Assembly: GCF_000012545.1 (NCBI RefSeq)
Contig: NC_007681.1
Coordinates: forward strand, 780,001-812,000
Reading direction: 5' to 3'
Length of the DNA: 32,000 bases
From: Methanosphaera stadtmanae DSM 3091
GTDB lineage: Archaea > Methanobacteriota > Methanobacteria > Methanobacteriales > Methanobacteriaceae
Shown here: piece after piece, positions 26,523 through 32,000 of the stretch
Numbering within the stretch: the first letter of the stretch is position 1
How the letters are laid out: each line of letters starts with the position of its first letter
Made by a program: the position numbers and the translations under genes
Notes under the pieces: generated by a model
The model's input: the letters and a program-made list of their open reading frames with translations, nothing else
Told to the model about the DNA's origin: nothing
The model's database searches: none

Positions 26523-26915
26523 TTAGGATGATATTTTTTCCTCTTCAATATTTCTATTTTTAGCTATAATTTTATTTTTTTTGGATTTTTTAAGAGCATA
26601 TATTGTTATAGGAATTAAAATTATGAATATAACAAAAGCAGAAGCTGGTATTCCAAAATACCTTTGTACTTGTTCTTGAATAATAAGCATAACAAGTAAT
26701 CCACCAATAAATCCAATAATCATTGATTTAAAAGTCATTCCATGTGTCCACTTACAATCCTCTTTCATTTTCCCAAAAAAAGGATCAGCAGGTTCTTTAA
26801 AAACGCCCTGATATTCTCCTATTGCTTTGGGAATTATGTATACTGAATAAACTAATAAAACTAGAACTATATATCCTGTTATTTCTGTTATTGTCAAATA
26901 AATGCTTCCTTTCAT
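26523..26915 (-). CDS. Small membrane protein (3 TM) with lysine-rich tail, no family recognised
   Basis: Hydrophobic segments with a KKSKKNKIIAKNRN tail. No clear SD. Confidence 0.45.
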   Translation of the reverse strand: MKGSIYLTITEITGYIVLVLLVYSVYIIPKAIGEYQGVFKEPADPFFGKMKEDCKWTHGMTFKSMIIGFIGGLLVMLIIQEQVQRYFGIPASAFVIFIILIPITIYALKKSKKNKIIAKNRNIEEEKISS

Positions 26916-27069
26916 ATTTATTTTTTTCTTTATATGTAGTATGTAATTTAAAATAAATATAAATTTTGGTATACGTAAATATTAGTTATTTTTTTTATTA
27001 GATAGAAAATATTTAAATTAAAACATAACATATTAATAAATAACTAATAAATAAGGATGGAGATGAAAA

Positions 27070-27531
27070 ATGTACAATAAAATATTATTACCAGTGGATG
27101 GTTCAAAAAATTCTGAAAAAGCAATAAAACATGCAACTACATTAGCAATTGATGAAGAAGCAGAAATAGTCATATTGTATGTGGTGGATCATAGAAGTTT
27201 AACAAGCCTTCCAGAAAATGCTCTAGAAGATAAAGAACTAGCAGACTATGAAAAACAAGGGGAAGTAGTAACACAACGTGTAGTAGATCAAATAAATGGA
27301 ATTATTAAAGAAACCTCTCCTGATAAAACAATAAAAACAGAAAAATTAATAGTAGAAGGAAATCCTGCAAACATCATAATAAAAGCTATAGAAAAGAAAG
27401 ATATTGACGTTGTTGTAATAGCAAATAGTGGAAAAAACTTTGTTGATAGATTCCTTATTGGAAGTGTAACAGAAAGAATAATTAGATGTTCTACTGTACC
27501 AATTGTAGTAATACCAACAAAATCAGAGTAA
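27070..27531 (+). CDS. Universal stress protein (UspA family)
   Basis: KILLPVDGS N-terminus and GSVTERIIRCSTVPIVVI C-terminal motif; 153 aa. SD AAGGATGGAG present. Confidence 0.85.
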   Translation: MYNKILLPVDGSKNSEKAIKHATTLAIDEEAEIVILYVVDHRSLTSLPENALEDKELADYEKQGEVVTQRVVDQINGIIKETSPDKTIKTEKLIVEGNPANIIIKAIEKKDIDVVVIANSGKNFVDRFLIGSVTERIIRCSTVPIVVIPTKSE

Positions 27532-27544
27532 AAAAAACTCTTTT

Positions 27545-28099
27545 TCAACTATTTTTTTTATATAGAAAACATTCATCTTCATGTGAATATATAACACCTA
27601 TGGCTTGTAGAAATGAATAAATAATAGTAGGTCCAACAAATTTCATACCTCTTTTTTTAAGATTTTTAGAAATAGACTCAGATAAACTAGATTTTGTCTT
27701 ATTATTTTCATATATAATCTTATTATTAGTAAATGTTTTAATATAATTATAAAAACCATTAAATTCATGACTAATATCAATAAATACACTTGCATTAACA
27801 ATAGATGATCTAATTTTTAGTTCATTTCTAATAATTTTTTTATTTGCCATTAATGTTTGAATCTTATCTTCATCGTAACAAGAAATCTTTTCTGCAGAAA
27901 AATCATCAAATGCATATCTAAAATCTTCTCTTTTATTAAGAATAGTCTCCCATGATAGTCCTGCTTGAAATATTTCGAGTATTAACATCTCAAAGAGATA
28001 TTCATCATTAAAATTAGGAACACCCCATTCATTATCATGATAATCTATGTATAATGGATTATCTATATTACACCAACTACATCTAATATTTTTATTCAA
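27545..28099 (-). CDS. tag: DNA-3-methyladenine glycosylase I
   Basis: CSWC...YHDNEWGVP...LFEMLILEIFQAGLSWETIL is the Tag signature. TTG start. SD GGTGAGGA overlaps the stop codon of the upstream gene (9-nt gap). Confidence 0.9.
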   Translation of the reverse strand: MNKNIRCSWCNIDNPLYIDYHDNEWGVPNFNDEYLFEMLILEIFQAGLSWETILNKREDFRYAFDDFSAEKISCYDEDKIQTLMANKKIIRNELKIRSSIVNASVFIDISHEFNGFYNYIKTFTNNKIIYENNKTKSSLSESISKNLKKRGMKFVGPTIIYSFLQAIGVIYSHEDECFLYKKNS

Positions 28100-28108
28100 A
28101 AATATTCC

Positions 28109-28774
28109 TCACCTTTTCTTTAGATAAATTAGAATTTTACCTATATTATTTATATCATTCATATTTGTATATATATTAAATGTTTCAAAATCATTACAAT
28201 CATTTATATAATCATAGTCTGTAGATAAAATACTTCCATCTTTAGCATAAAAGACAACAGTTATAGTAAGATCTATCTTTTTTGAAGAGTTTCTTATCTC
28301 ACCACATACAGTAATACTTTCTTGATTAGAATCCAATTCTGCTACAGAAACATTTGATAGATCAATTCCTTCTTTTTCATAGTTATTTTTTAATTCAATA
28401 TAACTACTTAATATTTCACGTTTTCTATCAAGACTATAAATATATTCTAAACCCATATTTTCTAGTACATCTTCTTTAGTTTTACCAGTAGGAATATTGA
28501 TATCTGTAGATATATTTTCTAATGTTTCAATAATTTCATCTTGTTTATCTAGTATAGAATCTACTATTGTATTAAGATTATTATACATATCTTCTAATTT
28601 TTCAATACTTAACTCAAGATTGTGGATATGTTCTGATTGGTTTTGTTTATCAGATACTTTTTTATAAACTTCCTGTATTTTTTTATTTAGACTATTGAAT
28701 TCATTTACCATATCATCATTAATTTTAAGTATTTGGTGTGTATTATGAATTTTATTTTCCTTATTTGATTCCAT
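28109..28774 (-). CDS. Coiled-coil protein with C-terminal FxLYD-like beta domain (paralog 1)
   Basis: The N-terminal ~100 aa are heptad-like (QEVYKKVSDKQNQSEHIHNLELSIEKLEDMYNNLNTIVDSILDKQDEIIETLENI). The C-terminus ITVCGEIRNSSKKIDLTITVVFYAKDGSILSTDYDYI resembles the FxLYD domain pattern. SD GAGGT present. Confidence 0.55.
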   Translation of the reverse strand: MESNKENKIHNTHQILKINDDMVNEFNSLNKKIQEVYKKVSDKQNQSEHIHNLELSIEKLEDMYNNLNTIVDSILDKQDEIIETLENISTDINIPTGKTKEDVLENMGLEYIYSLDRKREILSSYIELKNNYEKEGIDLSNVSVAELDSNQESITVCGEIRNSSKKIDLTITVVFYAKDGSILSTDYDYINDCNDFETFNIYTNMNDINNIGKILIYLKKR

Positions 28775-29319
28775 GGTGATAACCTCAAAAATAAGATTAA
28801 TTATTATTAATAGATTTTATAAAAAGTATAATATAAATAATTTTATTATACTTTAATTAAATATAAGGTTGATTAGTAAATGATTTTTTATAAAAATAGT
28901 AGTATTATATTAATTTTTTCGTTTGTATTTTATAACTTCTAAAAAAACCTGAAAAACCTACTAAAAATAAGGAATCAATCAATAGATTAAAATATAATGA
29001 AAAATTCCCAATACCTATTGTTAAAAAATCATATGAAACTAAAGTAAGTAGAACAAAGGAAATTTCCATAATTCAAATAAATCAAAAAAATAGATATAAT
29101 AGAAGATAAACCAAATTTTAAATTAAATTATTCAAGTTTAATACAACATATGAAAAAAAATGGAAAAGACACAAAATCTTACTTTAAATCATTCAAAAGA
29201 AAATAAAACAACAATACAACAGAAAAAAATCCAAAAGAATTTAAAAAAAAATATTTAAAATAGATATAAACAAGTCAATAAAATAAACCTACAATATTCA
29301 AAGTATCGGTGGTGATAAT

Positions 29320-30252
29320 ATGGATGATGAATATCTAAAACAATTAGACAATACTTTAAAAGAGTATGTTGCAACTATAACAAATAATATTACATTAATA
29401 AATAATATTATTGATAAGAATGATTTATTTGGTGTTTCTAAAGAGATTACTGAACTTTACAAAAGAACAGATGATTTATCTAAAACATATAAACAGTTAG
29501 ATGAAAAAGTAATTAAATCACTAGCAAAACAAGAACAGATATTAAATGTAATGGGAAACTCTAAAAATTTTCAAAAACCATCAAAACTAAAAACTCAATT
29601 AAAAAAATCCAAATATGTGGCAGTGAAAATAAATTCTGAAAGGGAAAAGAGAAGTGGGGTAACGTTACATGATTTTAAAATAAAAAAAACCAAGACAAGA
29701 CAAGGAAATTTCTTCATAATAGATGGTAATGTTTTTACAAAAGATTGTAAAGAATTAGATATAAATGTTTTTTTTGAAATATATGATAAAAATGGGGAAT
29801 TGGTGGATAAAGACTATGATTTTATATCAGTAAGTAGAGAAAATCCGCTTCAGGAGGTATCAATGTCTTTTGATGTTAAAGATTTAGATTCAATAAAAGT
29901 AGTGAATGTATATCCTGAAATAAATAATAATCAAAATATATTTGATTATCAAAGTGTTGATTTGGATAATAGTAGAAATAGAAAAGAAACTCAACCAACT
30001 AAATCAATTCCAACCGAGTCATTCTCATTAGTTAATATAAATACTGCAGGTGTAAATGAATTATCAAAACTTCCTGGAATAAATATGATACTTGCAAAAA
30101 AATTAATTCAACTACGTCAAGATGGATATATTGTAACTTCTCTTAATGATCTAGGCCAAAAACTAAATTTAAAAGAGTTTGAATTAGAACAATTAGAACC
30201 ATATATAACAATAGAACAAGATACTAGAAAAAGTAGAACATTAGATATATAA
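29320..30252 (+). CDS. Coiled-coil plus FxLYD-like domain plus C-terminal ComEA-type helix-hairpin-helix DNA-binding domain (paralog 2)
   Basis: Central FIIDGNVFTKDCKELDINVFFEIYDKNGELVDKDYDFI carries the F-x-I-Y-D motif. The C-terminus VNINTAGVNELSKLPGINMILAKKLIQLRQDGYIVTSLNDLGQKLNL matches the ComEA/HhH pattern (INTA..eL..lpGI....A..I). SD GGTGGTGAT present. Confidence 0.65.
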   Translation: MDDEYLKQLDNTLKEYVATITNNITLINNIIDKNDLFGVSKEITELYKRTDDLSKTYKQLDEKVIKSLAKQEQILNVMGNSKNFQKPSKLKTQLKKSKYVAVKINSEREKRSGVTLHDFKIKKTKTRQGNFFIIDGNVFTKDCKELDINVFFEIYDKNGELVDKDYDFISVSRENPLQEVSMSFDVKDLDSIKVVNVYPEINNNQNIFDYQSVDLDNSRNRKETQPTKSIPTESFSLVNINTAGVNELSKLPGINMILAKKLIQLRQDGYIVTSLNDLGQKLNLKEFELEQLEPYITIEQDTRKSRTLDI

Positions 30253-30303
30253 TCTAACTTTTATTTTATATATAAAAAAAATAATTAGGAGTACTTTTTA
30301 AAA

Positions 30304-30912
30304 ATGAAAAAATTTTTTATCTTTGACTTTGATGGAACACTAGTTAATACATTAGATGATTCAGTAATAGCATATAATGAATCCTTAAAAATACATGGAA
30401 AATATGGAGAAAGTGTTAATAAGGATTGTGTGGATTTTGATAATTTTATTGAAAACATGGCAAAAGATAAGGAAGTTCTAAAAACATACAGGGAAATATA
30501 TGACAAATGTAATAAGATACATACTCTTCCGTATCCTGGAATTAATTCAATGCTTGAAAAATTAGATAAATCTGATTCTGAAGTAGCAATATGTTCAAAT
30601 AGAATACAGAACCTGCTGGATGATCTTACAGGAAAGTTTTTTTCCACAATAAATTTTAAGTATGTTATAGGACAAAAAATGGATGGATGTCGTAAACCTA
30701 ATCCTTGTCTAATAAATGGTATTTTAAATAATGAAACTTATAAAAAAGATGAAATAGTCTATATAGGTGATAGAATGGTAGATATAGAAACAGCAAAAAA
30801 TGTTGGAATTGATGTGGCAGTTGTAACATGGGGTCAGGGAAATAATAAAGCATATCATGATAAATATCCTATAAAAATAATAAGAAAATCAGAGGAAATA
30901 TTATCATTATAA
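30304..30912 (+). CDS. HAD-superfamily hydrolase (phosphoglycolate-phosphatase-like subfamily IA)
   Basis: Motif I FDFDGTLVNT, motif II ICSNR, and motif III/IV K...GDRMVDIETAKNVGI; 202 aa. Confidence 0.8.
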   Translation: MKKFFIFDFDGTLVNTLDDSVIAYNESLKIHGKYGESVNKDCVDFDNFIENMAKDKEVLKTYREIYDKCNKIHTLPYPGINSMLEKLDKSDSEVAICSNRIQNLLDDLTGKFFSTINFKYVIGQKMDGCRKPNPCLINGILNNETYKKDEIVYIGDRMVDIETAKNVGIDVAVVTWGQGNNKAYHDKYPIKIIRKSEEILSL

Positions 30913-30935
30913 TAAAAGTAAATTGGTTTGTATAT

Positions 30936-31241
30936 CTATTTATCTATTGCTTCAATAAGAAAACTAACTGGTCTAAAACCATCGTTACATGAAATCATAG
31001 CTGATTTCTTATTTTTCATCCATCCATCATAAATATCCTCACCACCACAGGATAGGGCTAGAACAAAGGGTGAAATAGTACTCCATGCACTTTCACAGAA
31101 ATTTTCTGGCCTATTCCATCCATTAGCTATGTATACTTTTCCTTCTTCTACATCACATGCATGTTCTATGGGATTTTCATATTTTGAAATTAAATCCTCA
31201 TAACATGCCTTACGCATAACTGTAATTTTTACTTTTTTCAT
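30936..31241 (-). CDS. Small Cys-containing protein, TIGR04076-like
   Basis: MKKVKITVMRKACYEDL...FCESAW...CNDGFRPVSF resembles the ~90-100 aa TIGR04076 family pattern. Assignment is from memory and not verified. Confidence 0.5.
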   Translation of the reverse strand: MKKVKITVMRKACYEDLISKYENPIEHACDVEEGKVYIANGWNRPENFCESAWSTISPFVLALSCGGEDIYDGWMKNKKSAMISCNDGFRPVSFLIEAIDK

Positions 31242-31287
31242 ATTTATTCAACTACCTATATTTTAAATAATATTATTATCTAAATTT

Positions 31288-31310
31288 CATACTATATATT
31301 AGATAGTATG
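31288..31310. promoter_or_regulatory. Inverted repeat CATACTAT-N7-ATAGTATG flanked by direct ATTATCTAAA repeats in a divergent promoter region
   Basis: Read directly: 31288-31295 / 31303-31310. Flanking TTATCTAAA lies at 31277-31285 and 31315-31323. Confidence 0.3.
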
Positions 31311-31494
31311 ATGATTATCTAAAAAACTACTTTAGACAACAAGTTTAAGATAATATATATTAAATCATTAGTTAATAATAAATCATTAGTTTTTTATTAA
31401 ATAGAAAAAAGAATACCTTTTTTTATTTTATAGAAATTATAATAAATGTTATTTTACAAAGAATATAACTAATGACTTTGGAGGTTTATTTACA

Positions 31495-32000
31495 ATGACT
31501 GAAATAACTAAATGTCTAAATGAGTGGAATGCTACTATTGAAGCATTAGGATGTGGAAAACAATCAATTCTTATTAGAAAGTACTCTACAACATTAAATG
31601 AATTCTTATTATATCCAACAGTAAGTTATGCTAATAAAGATAACTACTTGGATAGTTTTAAAAATGAGGATATTGATTTTGTTAAAGAAAATACTCTTCC
31701 AAAATCTGTTGATAAAAAATATGAAGTTAAATACTATGCAAAAGTAGAAGAAATTATTGAAAAATCAGCAAATAGGATAGGTTCATTAAATAAATATCAT
31801 ATATGGACACGAGATCATGTAAGTAGTTATTTAGATGGTAATAAAGCTAAAGTATGGCTACTTAGAGTATATAAATTAGATAAACCAATATTAACTAAAC
31901 GAAGTAATGGAATGGTATTTGCTAATACTAATAAGAAAATATCACTTAGTAATATGAAACCAGTAATTAGTGATGTTGAATTTAATAAAATTAAAGAAGA
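31495..32000 (+). CDS. DUF1802-like protein, 3' end runs off window
   Basis: My translation is MTEITKCLNEWNATIEALGCGKQSILIRKYSTTLNEFLLYPTVSYANKD.... The pattern W..a..AL..G.q.iLiRK....eF.lyPT resembles DUF1802. SD GGAGGT at 31480-31485. Absent from the ORF track because it is open-ended. Confidence 0.5.
   Translation, partial: MTEITKCLNEWNATIEALGCGKQSILIRKYSTTLNEFLLYPTVSYANKDNYLDSFKNEDIDFVKENTLPKSVDKKYEVKYYAKVEEIIEKSANRIGSLNKYHIWTRDHVSSYLDGNKAKVWLLRVYKLDKPILTKRSNGMVFANTNKKISLSNMKPVISDVEFNKIKE

Noticed and set aside
27288-27548. Minus-strand ORF overlapping usp
   Set aside because: Antisense to a well-supported UspA-family CDS, with no SD.
29151-29207. 18-codon basic ORF MKKNGKDTKSYFKSFKRK*
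   Set aside because: It has no SD and lies in A-rich DNA where Lys codons arise trivially. It is kept only as part of the spacer observation.
30285-30647. 120-aa minus-strand ORF overlapping the HAD hydrolase
   Set aside because: Antisense to a CDS carrying all HAD motifs. It is a shadow ORF.
1-32000. Search for tRNA/rRNA genes, IS elements, integrases, prophage or cas genes
   Set aside because: No GC-rich structured islands stand out against the AT-rich background, and none of the ORF translations carry transposase, integrase or Cas motifs that I recognise.

Overview
Very AT-rich, gene-dense archaeal chromosome segment. It is most consistent with a Methanobacteriales methanogen (Methanosphaera/Methanobrevibacter-like). 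Supporting this: a class V fructose-1,6-bisphosphate aldolase/phosphatase, split glutamate-synthase modules, strong GGAGGTGA-type Shine-Dalgarno sites, oligo-T terminators, and several TTG/GTG starts. I found no rRNA, tRNA, CRISPR array, transposase or integrase.

Layout:
- 1-12.4 kb, core metabolism: GXGXG protein, class-II amidotransferase, pdxT, mdh, HEAT-repeat protein, isopropylmalate-dehydrogenase-family enzyme, fbp, metX-CBS, metY, and a P1B-type metal ATPase.
- 13.1-18.0 kb, thiamine-salvage module: two paralogous DUF3100-like membrane proteins, a small membrane protein, thiM, and a thiE fused to an ADP-ribosylglycohydrolase domain.
- 18.0-25.2 kb, accessory-looking block: two orphan genes, a frameshifted metallophosphoesterase remnant, a membrane-anchored barnase with two tandem barstars, small membrane-anchored proteins and an SNF-family transporter.
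- 25.2-26.4 kb, second thi module: thiM paralog plus an MTH1187-family protein, convergent with the first.
- 26.5-32 kb: membrane protein, usp, tag, a divergent pair of coiled-coil/FxLYD-like paralogs (one with a ComEA-type HhH tail), a HAD hydrolase, a TIGR04076-like protein and a partial DUF1802-like gene.

Best candidates for something undescribed:
1. The DUF3100x2 + small-subunit membrane module welded to thiM/thiE, a candidate thiamine-precursor transporter.
2. The ThiE-ARH fusion with intact ARH metal motifs.
3. The coiled-coil/FxLYD-like paralog pair linked to DNA functions (tag, HhH).
4. A Met/Cys-rich mini-ORF with a good SD in the metY-metX leader.
5. The barnase/2x barstar cassette in an archaeon.

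All family assignments come from motif recognition by eye; no searches were run.
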